DNA of 64,000 bases from the human T2T-CHM13v2.0 reference genome, Homo sapiens: assembly GCF_009914755.1 (NCBI RefSeq), contig NC_060935.1; one strand, 5' to 3'. Position 1 is the stretch's first letter. Each line of letters starts with the position of its first letter. The notes under the pieces were generated by a model. That model ran no database searches, was not told the origin of the DNA, and saw nothing but the letters and a program-made list of their open reading frames with translations. The translations under genes and the position numbers were made by a program. This document shows, in pieces, positions 11,354 to 29,719 of the stretch.

Positions 11354-13391
11354 GTAATTGATAGTTGTTGACAACTCATTTTGTTCTAGGCACTATTGCA
11401 AGCCCTTTACTCATGTCATTCCCTTTAATACTCACGTTAAGTTATATTAGGAGCCACTTTGAACTCCAGACAAGGAAACTGAGGAACTCAAAGAGCAAGG
11501 AATGTGCCTAATTTCCCACCTCCAAGAGTGTTCTCTTGGTGAATCCATCAGGATGGGCCAGCCACACCTGGCTGGGCAGGGGAGGACCCTGAGACTCAGA
11601 TGCTGAGAGAAAAGGCCTACCAGTTAGGTATGGCAGGATAAGGACTGCCACTCTCTCTCCTGGCTCCAACCTAGGTCCTCACTAATTCAGCTGCTGCCTC
11701 CCTAGCTCTCTGGAGAGAAGATATGTCTCTGTGATTGCCTTGTTGCTGCAGGAGCCACACTGGAGAGGCTGGACTGTTTGGTGAGGCCTTCGTCTCTCCC
11801 CGTGCCTGCCTCTGCCTGGCATTGTTCCCCTCGTCAACGTCTATCATGGCCCTCAGCCTTCAGCACTGGGCACACATGCCAGGGTTTTCATGCTGTGTAA
11901 TGAAGCATTAAAAGCCTTCCCAGCCCTCAGAGATCCATTTGACAATGGTCACATGGCCATTAGGTAGACAAATTACTAGTTTCATCTATTTAGCCCTGGA
12001 AGGGGACCCACACATACAGTAGATGCCCTCCTGGTAATTTCAGCTTCCTTTCTCATGGCAGCTCATGGGGACATTTTGCCTCCTCTGGGCCTTTTGCCAT
12101 GATTCGTCTGGGCTCTGGGTCCCCACATGCAGCCAAACCCACACAACCCTGGGAATGCCAGCCCCACCCCAATGGGGCCAGCCACCCCCTCCTGAGACAG
12201 CGCCCTGTCTTCAGCTGCACCCTTGTTTGCCCCTGGGTGTGGTGTGCAAACAGTACCCTTGATACCCAAGACTTAATTCTTTCCCTTTTACACTTAATCA
12301 GAATTATTTCTGCCCACATATGGCCTCTGGTGTGTAATGATTTTTTAATGCATTTACATGGCACTTCAACACAAAAGTCTGAACATGGTGGAAATGGAGC
12401 TATTGATGTGAGCAATTAGAAAGGAGGCATAATCTGGCATAATGTTTATTGCATTGTGTTTCCTGGACCATCAACAGCTGGATATTGGGACAGACTGGGA
12501 ATTCAGGGGAAAAGGGAGAGAGCCTCGGGCTATATTCCAGTTCCTGCTTGCCAAATTGATCAAGGTGTGTGCTAGGCCAAAGGTAGCGTTTGCTTCCTAG
12601 TCCCAGCTCGGTCTTCAGATCTCCCCAGCCTCCATCCCTTATTCAAGTCACAAAACTGTGGGCACCACTGTATCCTTGCCCCTTGGTTTGTGTCCCCACT
12701 TCCAGCCCACCACCTGGTGCAGCTGGCGCCCCTTCCTGTGCATTTTTCGAATCTGTCCACTGCTTTCCATATCTACAGACAAACAAGATGACTTCACTCT
12801 TTCTGTCTTCATGGCCTGCCTGCAGGCGGGGCTCACCTGCCTCTCCAGATTCCTTTTTCTCCCCCAGCTGCCCTCTCCATCTGGCCTCACTGGCCTTCCT
12901 ATAGCCCTTCATCCCCTCTTCCCTGCTCCTGGGGCCTGGGCACATATAGCCCCTCGGCCTGTAGCTCCATCTCTCCCTCTGCAATGCGGCACAGGCCCCT
13001 CTCCCTGGGCACTCACGCATCTGCCCCACATTCATTTTCATGAGGAGTTGGTCAGTGTCACTCCCCCTGCACTTGATCAAGTTCCAAAAGGCAGGTCCAG
13101 GCTTGTTTTTGCCAATTTGATTTTACACCCCCAATTTGTCGTTAACCCCCCCCCCACAGTCACAGCTGGAAGGGACCTAAGCGGTGCATGGGCTAGCTGA
13201 GCATCACCTCTGGGGTTCAGGAAACCCTTGCACCGTGTTCTTGGTCTCAGAAGACTCCTGGGAATTAAACCCACCATTTTGTTTCATTTTTGTGCTATAT
13301 GATAAAGAAGTGATTTTAAGCATAAATATTTCATTTTGGATGCTGATCTATTATTGAAAGGTGTGAATTGGTGTGTTCATTCGCCTCTCCC

Positions 13392-13520
13392 TGGGTGGAT
13401 GGGTGGATGGATGGGTGGGTGGATGGATAGATGGACGGATGGATGAACAAATGAATGGATAGAGAGATGGAAGAATGGAGGAATGGAGATAGACAGATAA
13501 AAGGAGGGAGGAAGAGAGAG
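13392..13520 (+). repeat. (TGGA)n / GA-rich simple repeat
   Basis: Visible directly in the sequence. Confidence 0.85.
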
Positions 13521-13949
13521 ATTTCTATATATTTTGAATAATATAGATAATCTCTATAGACATCATCTATATATATATGATGGCAATTTTAAATTTTCAC
13601 TCATTTAGCAAGAAAAGCTCGGTGCTAACTCTCTTCAATACTTGGTAAACAGGAAGCATGATTTGTCAAATGCAAACAAGAAAGTTCATTTTATAACTGG
13701 TTTGAGGTGATGCTGTCACATCAAAAATAGCCCCAAACTGCTTCCATCAGCTTGCATGTTACATTTCCAAAGTCAGCCAACTGGGTTTTGTCTTTTTCAT
13801 GACTTGTTTCTACATAATGACACAAGTGGTGTGAGTTCAGACTGCTTTTCACAATCTCTTCCCCACCAGACACACACAGTAGGCATGAGACGGGCTCACT
13901 TCCAGCCAGGTATATTCACATCAGATTGTAATCATCACCATCATTCCTT

Positions 13950-14820
<871 letters not shown>

Positions 14821-14853
14821 CTAGCACTGGTGTTTGAAGTACTGGAGATTTCA

Positions 14854-15164
<311 letters not shown>

Positions 15165-16604
15165 TGAAGTACTGGAGATTTCTTAATAGACTATAGAAGG
15201 ATTTAGATTGGAACCATCAATCTATGAAACTTATGAGACCATCCTGAGCTGAATTTGCTGAACATTGATCACACTGGGATCCTCCTTAACTAGTATGTTC
15301 ACATCAGCATTCCTCATTCCTAACTCATTAGAGTTATCAATTAAACAATAGGTGAGTAAGAAGAAAAACAATTTAAAATGCTCCCTTGGCCAAATCTCTG
15401 CAGGTGGTTAGAAGTGTTCGGCTGAACAGTAAGTTGTGCCCTGACTTCTACTGACCACCTCATGATACCCACAGAGGCTCTCCAACTTCCATTTCAAAGG
15501 GAGAAATGTTTAAATGATCATGTTATTGATTTTAATAAACAGTCATTGGAACAGGTGTTTTTCTGCCCTTAAAGAGGCTAATGAATGGCCTGCATTTCAT
15601 CCAGAGACCCCTGAATGAGATAGCCAGGTCCAACCTCGTCCTTGAACTGGTAACAGGTGGAAAGTAGAGCTCAGAGAGGTTGAGTGATATTCCTCAGGTC
15701 ACACAGCAGTTTGGTGGCAGGAATGGGTGTACTGGCTCCAAGTCCAGCATTCTCTCTCCCCAAATACCAAGTCAGATGAGGAGGTTAGAGTCTGAGGACA
15801 ATAATCCCTGAAAACCTCTCAGGAAGGCCATCTTGGAGACCCATCTCTAACACAGATCTAGCACCTAAGTGTTTCCTCCTGCCTGTCTCTGTAACAGAAT
15901 GCCAGATGAAGTTCTAAGCTTGGGTTTAGAGGGAAGCTTGTACGGAAAATGCACAGGTCACCTGGAACACAAAGATCCCAGGGTGTGGGGTGATGTCTGC
16001 ATGCTGAGAGTCACCAGGCCATGAGACCTTAATGTGGAACAGTGAGGTCACCTCCTGCAACTCAGGCACCCTCTGAGGAGTCTGCTCCCTGGGTTGTGGG
16101 TGGAACAACTTGCAGTGCTTAAATTTTTGCTTTTATCACTGTTCTTTTGGGGGAAAGCATCCATTCTAGTTAAATCTGAATATATTCACTGCATCCACAG
16201 GAAGAATAAGGATGGCTCCAAAGCATACTCTGAGCTGGTTTACATTTTACACTTCATTCTGCATTTTAAACATTACCTTGCCCTGTCCTGCCATTACCCC
16301 CACCCCCACCTCCACTGCATAAAATATTACAGTCAGTTTATATAGGCGGGTAAAATATAAGAAAATTGCTTATAAATTACATCAGGATGAAAGACAAAAA
16401 TAAAAGAAGTCAAGGATGAGGGCAGGAAGGGAGCATGCCAGGAGTGAGCCCCAGGACCATGGCTCTGAGAGGCCAGACCTACTGGTCCCCCAGGCCACAG
16501 GGCCAGACATGAAAATCAACCCATGGCTCAGGAAGAGCTCTCCCCCAGCCACTCTCCCCCCGTCCCAACAGCAGCCACAGGGCCTTTGCACAAGCATTCT
16601 CCTC

Positions 16605-17026
16605 TGATATGGTTTGGAGCTGTGTCCCGCCCAAATCTCATGTTGAAATGTAATCCCCAGTGCTGGAGGAGGGGCCTGGTGGGAGGTGACTGGATCATGG
16701 GGGCCGTTTCTCATGAATGGTTTGGCAACCGTTCCCCTTAGCGATAGTGATAGTGAGTTCTCATGAACCAGTTTTCATCGGGTTGTTTTAAAAGTGTGTC
16801 GTACTTCACCCTTTCTCTCTCTCTTGCTCCTGCTCCTGCCTGTGAGACGTCTGCTCCCCCTTTGCCTTCCGCCATGAGTAAAAGCTCCCTGAGGCCTCCC
16901 CAGAAGCAGATGCTGCCATGTTTCCTGTACAGCCTGCGGAGCCATCAGCCAAATTAAACCTCTTTTCTTTATAAATTACCCAGGCTTCAATATTTCTTTA
17001 TAGCAGTGCGAGAATGGCCTAATACA
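16605..17026 (+). mobile_element. MST (MSTA/MSTB-like) MaLR solo LTR
   Basis: TGATATGGTTTGG...CCCAAATCTCATGTTGAAATGTAATCCCCA start and AATTAAACCTCTTTTCTTTATAAATTACCCAG...CTAATACA end. Confidence 0.9.
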
Positions 17027-17184
17027 ACCTTCCCAGAGCATCTTTCTCCACGCCTCCTCCTCATTCTCTTGGCTTAAAAGTCACCTGGACAGAGACCCTC
17101 CTGGACCACTCCATCCAGCTGTGAGCATGCATTCACCACACTCCTCACACGGGTTTCTCTCCTGTATAGGACTTTGTAACTAGG

Positions 17185-17645
17185 TGTTTTAGACTGAGCT
17201 GTAATTTACATACAGTAAAATGTCCAGATCTTAAGTGAACAATTGGATCAATTGTAACACAAATCTAAACATCTACACCCCATTAAGATATAAAATAGCT
17301 CCATCACCCCAGAACGTGGCCTCTTGCCCCTTCCCCACCAATCCCCCCGCCCCATTGCCCCATGGCATAATTCTGCCTATTCTAGCTCTTCCTATAAATA
17401 AAAGCATGAGTGCAGATTCTCCTGTGTCCAGCGTCCTCGGTTCAGGGGAAATGTTTTGGTGTTCATGAGTAGTATGTCCCCCAGTGCCCCATTGTGTGGG
17501 CGTCCTCATGGGGTATCCATTCTTCTAGGAAGATCCTGGGGCTGTTTCCAGTTCGAAGCCATTATTAATAAAGCTGCAAGGAAGAAATATTTTTATGGAT
17601 GTGTGTTTTTATATCTCTGATAAATATATTCAACTGGAATCATTG
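17185..17645 (-). mobile_element. Old L1ME-like fragment
   Basis: TAATTTACATACAGTAAAATGT and GCTGTTTCCAGTT...ATTATTAATAAAGCTGC. Confidence 0.55.
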
Positions 17646-17647
17646 GG

Positions 17648-18484
<837 letters not shown>

Positions 18485-19419
18485 CTGTGTTATGACATAG
18501 GATGAAAGCGCCTTTAATGATTTAAGAAACTCCCAAACAATTTGCCAGAGTGCTTTGCTAGGTTCCGTGCTCACCAGCAGCATCTGAGAACATAACAGGA
18601 TTCTAATGTGTTGGCTTTACGCACCATCTGGCCCTCCTCACCCGCTAACATAAACGCCAGGGGAAAAGGGCCATGTCTCTTGGGCTCATCTCTGAATCAA
18701 TGCCTAGCACAGGGACTGTCACTTACTAAGTGCTCAATAAACATTTGCTGAATGAATGAGGCATTTGTACTGCAGCTTTTCTTTCTGCTGCAAATTGGCC
18801 AGGGACCCACGTGCCTTACTGAGGATCAAACAGGCTGGGGTTCCTATCCTTTTGTGAATGTGGAGGCATTGGAGGCAGGAGGGAGGGCTATCACATGGCC
18901 ACCCTGGGGAGTGTCTGATGAGAGTACTAGGGGTTTCCCTAGCACTGGGAAAAAGGGAAGGGAGGCCCCAAAGAGTTCTATTCAGAGCACGGCCCATACT
19001 GCTTTATTGTGAAAGTTTCTGAGCCAGGTGTAACCAAATGCTCGCTGCTGCCAAGATAAAGTCTCAGGAAGGAACTTACAGAGGACTCCCAGGGGAATTC
19101 CCATAAGAAAACCTTTGTAACTGCAACCAAGTGAGGTCACTTTTTGGATGGAGATAATAAAGTGGGGACATAGCTACCCAAAATGAGCCCTTGGGAAAAA
19201 AAATGAACGGAGAGGTTTTCTTTTTGCCTGTAATTAGCTAGATGTTTCATTTGTGTGTTTGAGGCACTCACAGAGGAAGAAAATGGAATGTGACATCTGC
19301 TTTATAAGGGAAAGCTTGTTAGTGAAAGATAGAGATGGGCCGGGGGGGATGCACACTCCCCACCAATCTAAAAGTCATGTCAGGTCACTAAAAAGCATTT
19401 TAAAGGAAAAGGCCTGATA

Positions 19420-20790
19420 AGCATAAGAAAAGGCACTCAAGTTCATTAGTCATCAGGAAATGCAAAGCAAAACCACCCTGAGATTACCATCATACACCCA
19501 CCTGAGGGGCTGAAATTTCAAAGCGCATGAGATACCGAGCTTTGGCAAGAACATGGAGCAACTGGAACCCTTGCCTACTACTCATGGGTGTGGAGACTGA
19601 TACTCTGGAAGACTGATAGGCAGATTTACTATTGAACAAACACATAGTCTGTGGCCCAGCAAAGCCACCCCTGAGCAGTTACTCAACAGAAATGCACACA
19701 CATCCAAAGCCATGAGTGAAAGTGTCCCCAGTAGCATTGTTCATGATAGCCCGCAACTGGAAGCTCCTGCAGAGACTGTCCACACTCAGACACTAGGATG
19801 GATGACTATCCCACGCTCCCTTCCCACCATGTTGCCCTCTACAGCAACAGGAGGAACAACCTGCAACTGCTCCCAGCAACCGCAGTGACTCTCACAAATC
19901 ACACGTTGAACAAAAAAGGCCAGCACAAAAGGGTACATGAGATACCCAGCTTTGGCAAGAACATGGAGCAACTGGAACCCTTGCCTACTGCTCATGGGTG
20001 TGGAGACTGATATTCTGGAAGACTGATAGGCAGATTTACTATTAACAAACACATAGTCTGTGGCCCAGCAAAGCCACCCCAATCCCTGCACAAGGGTAAA
20101 AGGCCAGCATTAGGGCAGTTGCAGCAAATGTTGGACACTTCTGGAGGCTGCTCCTGGGATGTTCTATGGCAGAGCCATGGCCAGAGGCCACCTGCTCCTC
20201 ACATACAGCTGTAGTCTGAGAAACCCCAGCTTGCTGCTTGGTCAGGCAGCTAGCTGGCCTACATTCTAAATAGAATGCTCAGTAAACAAAGAGGCAGAGG
20301 CCTCTACTCATGGGTAGTTGAGATGAGAAAACTGTACCAGACCCTTAAGTTCAACAGAAATGCACACACATCCAAAGCCATGAGTGAAAGTGTCCCCAGC
20401 AGCATTGTTCATGAAAGCCCGCAACTGGAAGCTCCGCAGGGCCTGTCCACACTCAGACACGAGGATGGATGACTATCCCATGCTCCCTTCCCACCATGCT
20501 GCCCTCTACAGCAACAGAAGGAACCACCTGCAACTGCTCCCAGCAACCACAGTGACTCTCACAAATCTGACGTTGAACAAAAAAGGCCAGACACAAAAGG
20601 GTACATGATCCCGTTTCTATCGCACACAAAAGCAGGCAAATGAATCCATGGGGATAGAAACCAGAAGAGTGCCCTGAGGGAAAGGAAGGTGCTGCCAGGT
20701 GCTGGGTGCATGGGCATGTGTTAGCAAAACATGCTGAGTTGCACACGTATTGCAGGTGCTTTTCTGTATATATCTGTGACACTTCAATAA
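19420..20790 (+). mobile_element. Old L1M 3' region containing a 410-bp tandem duplication
   Basis: TCATTAGTCATCAGGAAATGCAAAGCAAAACCAC...ACCAT and TTGGCAAGAACATGGAGCAACTGGAACCCT; block 19526-19935 recurs at 19936-20608. Confidence 0.8.
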
Positions 20791-20792
20791 GA

Positions 20793-20975
20793 TGTGTGTG
20801 TGTGTGTGTGTGTGTGTTTTGTTTTTTGTTTTTTTGAGACAGATTCTCACTCTTGTCACCCAGGCTGGAGTGCAGTGGTGCAATCTCAGCTCGCTGCAAC
20901 CTCTGCTTCTCGAGTTCAAGCAAGTCTCCTGCCTCAGCCTCTCCAGTAGCTCGGATTACAGGTGCCCACCACCAC
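20793..20975 (-). mobile_element. (TG)n plus Alu right arm
   Basis: TG run, T-rich tail, then GAGACAG...CAGGCTGGAGTGCAGTGG to GGATTACAGG. Confidence 0.9.
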
Positions 20976-21002
20976 ACCATTTTGGAAGGAGTGTTTAAAT
21001 TA

Positions 21003-21715
<713 letters not shown>

Positions 21716-21799
21716 ATTTTCTAATTCAGTTAGAAGATATAGGTCAGGAAACAGCTTTAAAGAAGTCATGGGTGCCGTCGAGCACTTCCTCTGTTGGAA

Positions 21800-22380
21800 A
21801 CGGCCAACAACCATTGAGGGTAAAGCAAACTCTGGTTCCTGTCTGATTCTATACCCCTAATACCCCAAAGTGAGTTCCAGGCAAAGTAAAGATCTGAGTG
21901 CAAAAAACAAAATCATTAAGTATAAAAATAAAATTATAAATATTCTAGAAGAAAATAAGATGGACACTTACATTATCTTCAGGAAGGATTTTCTGAGCAC
22001 AATACTAAACCCAAAAACTGTCGAGGAAAAATTTTTAACTTCCACAGATTAGAAAAAAAGAAACAACACCGTAAACAAAATAGAAAGAAAAATATCAAGC
22101 TGGGGGTAACTATTTGCTGAGTATCCAATAAAGAATTGTTTTTATCACTCTAAAATACACATATTTACAGACCAATTTAAAATGAAAGACCAACACACCA
22201 ATGGGAAAATCGGCATGACCACAATAGGCAACTTACCACCAAAATGGCTAACTATTTAGAAAAGACAGCTTTACTCATAATCAGAGAAATCCACATTATA
22301 GGATCTGAGATGCTCATCAAACAGGCAAAATCGGTCAATATTACAATGGTTCAGCCTGTGGAAAACAAGCTGTCTCCTGA
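21800..22380 (+). mobile_element. Highly decayed L1M ORF2 fragment
   Basis: A-rich; AAAGATCTGAGTG, TTCTAGAAGAAAATA, AGGAAGGATTTTCT and TACTCATAATCAGAGAAAT. Confidence 0.55.
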
Positions 22381-22600
22381 CTCTGATATGGTCCCACTGG
22401 TCTCAGGACAGCTTGGCAGCATGTCGTCACCAATTCTCCCACAGACTTACTGTGTACCTCCTGTATGCAGGGCATTCTTGTATGGAAAGTGTTCCCTTCC
22501 ACAGCCCTCTTCAGGCTGCAGGAAGCTTACTCTGTGCTGGGAGGGCATATCACCCTTTATGTCCAGTGCTTAGCACAGAGCTGGGGCTTAATAAATTGTT

Positions 22601-22715
22601 GGTGGATGGATGGGTGGATGGATGGGTGGGTGGGTGGGTGGATGGATGGATGGATGGATGGATGGATGGATGGATGGATAAATGGGTAGATGAATGGAAT
22701 GGGTGGATGGATAGG
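22601..22715 (+). repeat. (TGGA)n microsatellite at an L2 3' tail
   Basis: Visible directly; preceded by CCAGTGCTTAGCACAGAG...CTTAATAAAT. Confidence 0.9.
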
Positions 22716-23812
22716 TAATTGTATTGATGGAGAGGATGGAGTAAATAAAACAGATGTTTACCACTTGATCAAATCACTCCAATCCTAGAAACATATCCTA
22801 CAGAATTGATTGAGCAGGTGGATAAAGACTGTTTCACATAGAACAGTGAAAAAGAAATGACCCTAAGTAGGGACTGGATGGCTACCTGTGGACACCCCAC
22901 AGGGAATAGTGTGAGGCTGCTATATCCTGGCCCTCAGCTCCTGCCATGTTCTCCCAGCCTCCACGTGCCAACCATACAGCCTCTCCCCACTTCTGGAAGA
23001 ATCCAGGCACACTGTCCCGTCCAGACCACCCACGAGCTCCTCCTTCAGCCTGAGGCACTTTTCCTCCTGCTCCGACCCTTTGGACCTCCCTCATAACCTC
23101 TTCCCAGTCCCCAGGAGCCCACCAGGGGCTCCTTCAGCGGCCCCCAAAGCCCCAGGTCCTCACACAGTGGTCTCACCACCCTGCACCCCACCTGACTTTG
23201 TCTTCACAAGGGCAGCGCTGTGTTCCCATCTTGTTGGCTGGATGTTTTTCAAGCATCTGGTCTGTGCTAGACGTGAGCTTTAGAGTAGTGAGATGTAGTC
23301 CAGAACACAGTTACATGAGAGAGAGTGTGTGCAAAAAGAACAGGTTACAAAAAGATACAGCTATTAGAAATTACAATGGCTAATATTTGCTGTGTGTGAC
23401 CACACGCCGGATGCTTATATGTGCACTTTTACAGGGACCATCTCATGACTAGTCATTGTGCCCTTCGAGGGAGGTACTGCTCCTTCCCCAATTTAAGGTG
23501 AGGCAACCTCTCACATGGTTGTGATGTGGTGGAGCCAGTGCTCAAATCCACACAGTGGGAACACAGGGTTCCAGGCCACTGTCAGATGGGGGCTATGAGA
23601 ATAAAGCGTGTCGCGACGTTACGCAGCATCTCCTGGCTCTCAGAGCTTGCAGCCACAGGCTTCTCCATCACACTGCCCTCAAAAAATATCGTGGAGCAAT
23701 GGAGATATCTTTTGTGTGGCTGCCCTGCTTTCTTCTAGACTTGGCAAATAAGCTTTCAGTGCTACTGGGAGAGATTTAACACAGTGGGCACAAGTGAGGT
23801 TGATTTACACTA

Positions 23813-24190
<378 letters not shown>

Positions 24191-24199
24191 TTACAAATG

Positions 24200-24370
24200 T
24201 CACCACTGGCTACTGAACATCTCTTTAGTCTTTAGAACTTTATTATGTGTTTATGTTCTCATTTACTCCACCCAAATCCCCTCACAGATTGATATCATTT
24301 TCATTATTTTACAAGTGAAGAAGCTGGGGTTCAGAGAGGTGAAGTAACATGGCAGAAGTCACACAGCCCA
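24200..24370 (-). mobile_element. MIR
   Basis: ATTTTACAAGTGAAGAAGCTGGGGTTCAGAGAGGTGAAGTAAC...AGTCACACAGC. Confidence 0.7.
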
Positions 24371-25567
24371 AACTGATATATCAGAGCATAAGGCTTTTCT
24401 CTGCCAGCTTCAGAACCAGGGAGGAGATGGCATGTTGCTTAAAATGTCAATGGAAATAAAACGTTCTTGTTGGCACACTGTCCTGAATTATTCTAGGACA
24501 CATCTGTGAGAAATTCCTAGGGTTTGCAATCTCCGCTCCTCTGTGGAGTCAGCCAAACATGGCCTCATTGTTGATCTTCAGAGGCATATTTTTAGTGTGA
24601 GGTGGGTTGTGTTTATTTATTCGATGAATAGCAAAATGAGGTTTCTATAAATAAAGCCATGTCTTTCTCCCCCTCATTTTATTTCCTGTGCACGATTCAC
24701 AAGTGAGTTGACCAATCCAATGAGTTTACCAGCTCCAAAGAATTCAAAATGGAAAAATTCCTGGGACTGACCGAGAAGGGACAGTCCAGCCTTTAAAGTG
24801 TCTCTCCATCTCGACCACCAAAGCTGTGGCTTTTGACTCCTTGTTAAGAGCAGACGTCTGTCCTGTCTGGGGATGGATTCTGATCATTTTTAGTAGTAAT
24901 TACGTGAAGACTCTTCCTCTTTTAACTGACAGCAATAGAACAGTTGTGGACCAAGTGATAAATCCATTTCCACTTTTCAGTCTGTAAAACACTTTGCACC
25001 AGTCTGGGGAAATAAACACCAACACATACAAGCTTTGCAAACTCTGGGGTGGCAGGTGTAACCAGCTAGGCAACCAATGACCACGTTTGTGGGAAGAGAC
25101 ATCTTCAGCTCTTACCTACGTGGAGACACGCTCCGGTCCCTAAACACACCTACCCAGCTGTCTTATGTGCCATCTCAGGAGTGAGGATGCCCATCTCCAC
25201 CTGCAAGCCAATTTCCCCACTGGGCATGTTGTCCAGTGAGCAGGAACTAGTCCAGGACTTTCACATCCAATTTGATGCTAAAACTTTCTTCCACCCAAGC
25301 GTGTGTTCCCATTGTCAACCTGGTTTTCCCCCTCCCATCATGACATTTTATCCCTCATGGCTTCTTCCTGCCTACAGCTCTTCCTTATCTGAACTTGACC
25401 CCAGCCCTGTAAGCAAATTTGCAAGTCCAGGGACTGCCTGGGGTGGGCGCGCCCAGGCTGACATGATGCTTGCCCACCCACCTCCCCTACCTCTGCTCTC
25501 TGCCCTGAACCCCACACACAGACCCTGGCCTACAAATGCTGATCTCTCAAACAGCCTGTATTTCACT

Positions 25568-27660
<2,093 letters not shown>

Positions 27661-28583
27661 TTACTCCTTTAGCTCTTTTTTTTTTTTAAGGCGTGATATT
27701 TGCCTTCATCTTTGGCAACATGCACCTCAAACTGCTTCAATTTTTGCCCAACTTTTAATGAAACAAGTGCCCTTTAGATTTTGTGGCACATGATGACCAT
27801 GGACACCTTACAAAGAGTGATTGTGCCATCCAGAATGCTGTCCAGGTCACTGGCCATAGGGAAGGCCGGCTCTCCCTTCCCTCTTGTTGAGTGGGGACCT
27901 TCACAGACACTCCAGGAGCACAGGTACCTGTCCAGGAGACCCACATGGATGCAGCCTGTGTCCCACACATCTGAATGGGAAAATGTCGAGGAATCAGTGG
28001 GATGAGCGTGGCCCAGCCTCAGAGTTTCCAGGCAGACTAAGGCCTGTTCCACATGAGGTTAACATTGGCCCCCGGAGAGTCCTTTTAGGACCTCCACAGA
28101 CATTTCCCGCATTCCTGGTCATCTGGAGACAATGGAGTGTCCTTAGCAGGTTTTTATTATTTCCTTCTCTTAACACCCAGCAGAATTTATGCCAATTTGG
28201 AAATCAAAGGACAAAGGGACACAGTGGAGTGGTCTCTCCCTATGTCACCGAGCACGAGCCAAGACTAGCTGGGAGCCCACAGATCAGGGACAGTCTACGA
28301 ATGTGGTTGTGTGAGGTCAAGCATCTCTTTCTCGGGGAGGGAGGATAGCAGCTCTGCCAGAGTAGTTCCTTGAAACTCTCAGAGGAGGCAGGTGAACAGT
28401 GCTCCATGACTGGAGTCCCTGGTGGCATCACCTGGGGCCTCTGACATCTGCTGCTGTCATGTCTGACTGTACCAAGTGACTTCTTCTTTCCCTGGACCTG
28501 AGTTCTCCATCCTCATGTGGGTCCAGCCACACTGCAGGGCAGTGGGAGGAAAGAGGATTTTGAGAAGCTTTTTGAAAAGGCCT

Positions 28584-29163
28584 GTCTTGGTGCATTTTGC
28601 GTTGCTATAAAGGAATGCATGAGGCTGGGTAATTCACAAATAAAAAGGTTTATTTGGCTCATGGTTTCAATGGTTGGGAAGGTCAAGACTGGACATTTGG
28701 TGAGACCTCAGGAAGCTTCTACTCATGGTGGAAGGCAAAGGGGATGAGCCTGTGCAGATAAATATGAGAGAGAAAGGCAGAGAGGGGAGAGGTGTTGGGC
28801 TCTTTTTAAATTATTATTTCAATATTTTGGGGGAACAGGTGGTGTTTGGTTACATGGATATGTTCTTTAGTGGTGATTTCTGATATTTTGGTACAGCCAT
28901 CACCTGAGCAGTGTACACTGCACCCAATGTGTAGTCTTTTATCCCTCACCCTCCTCCCACCCTTCCCCCAAGTCCCTAGAGTCTATGATGTCATTCCTAT
29001 GCCTTTGCATCCTCATAGTTTAGCTCCCACTTATAGGTGAGAACATACAATGTTTGGTTTTCCATTCCTGAGTTACTTCCCTTAGAATAATGATCTCCAA
29101 CTCCATCCAGGTTGCTGTGAATATCCTTATTTCATTTCTTTTTATGGCGGAGTAGTATTCCAT

Positions 29164-29199
<36 letters not shown>

Positions 29200-29575
29200 T
29201 GTGTGTGTGTATATATATATATATATCACATTTTCTTTATCCACTCATCAGTTGATGGGCATTTAGGCTGGTTTCATATTTTTGCAATTGAGAATTGTGC
29301 TCAATTGCACACATGGAAACATATAAACACAGGTGTGCAAGTGCCTTTTTCACATAATGACTTCTTTTCCTCTGGGTAGATACCCAGTACTGGCTCTTTT
29401 TAACAACCAGTGGCTCTTGTGGAAATGACTAGAGTGAAAGCTCCCTCACCCCTAGGGAGGGCACAGATATATTCATGAGGAATCCACTCCTGTGACCGGG
29501 ACACCTCCCATTAGACCCCACCTGCAACACTGGGGATCACATTTAAACATGAGGCTTGAGGGACTAACCATAGCA
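28584..29575 (-). mobile_element. MST-family MaLR LTR split by an L1PB insertion
   Basis: GTTGCTATAAAGGAAT...GAGGCTGGGTAATT...GGTTTATTTGGCTCATGG; resumes ATTCATGAGGAATCCAC...ACACCTCCCATTAGACCCCACCT...ACACTGGGGATCACATTT. Confidence 0.8.
28809..29390 (-). mobile_element. 5'-truncated L1PB 3' end with an internal (TG)n(TA)n microsatellite (29166-29226)
   Basis: GGGGAACAGGTGGTGTTTGGTTACATG...TTCTTTAGTGGTGATTTCTGA; TSD GGCTCTTTTTAA on both sides. Confidence 0.88.
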
Positions 29576-29719
29576 AGGCCTGAGGGCTTGCATCCTAGGC
29601 AGATGAGGGGCTCAGTGGTATACAGGAAGCTGCACAAAGACAGGGGCTGCAGAGAGGCCTGGGGCATCATGGGAGAGATGGACAGACAGTGACTCAAACA
29701 GCAATGGAATCAGTAGCCT

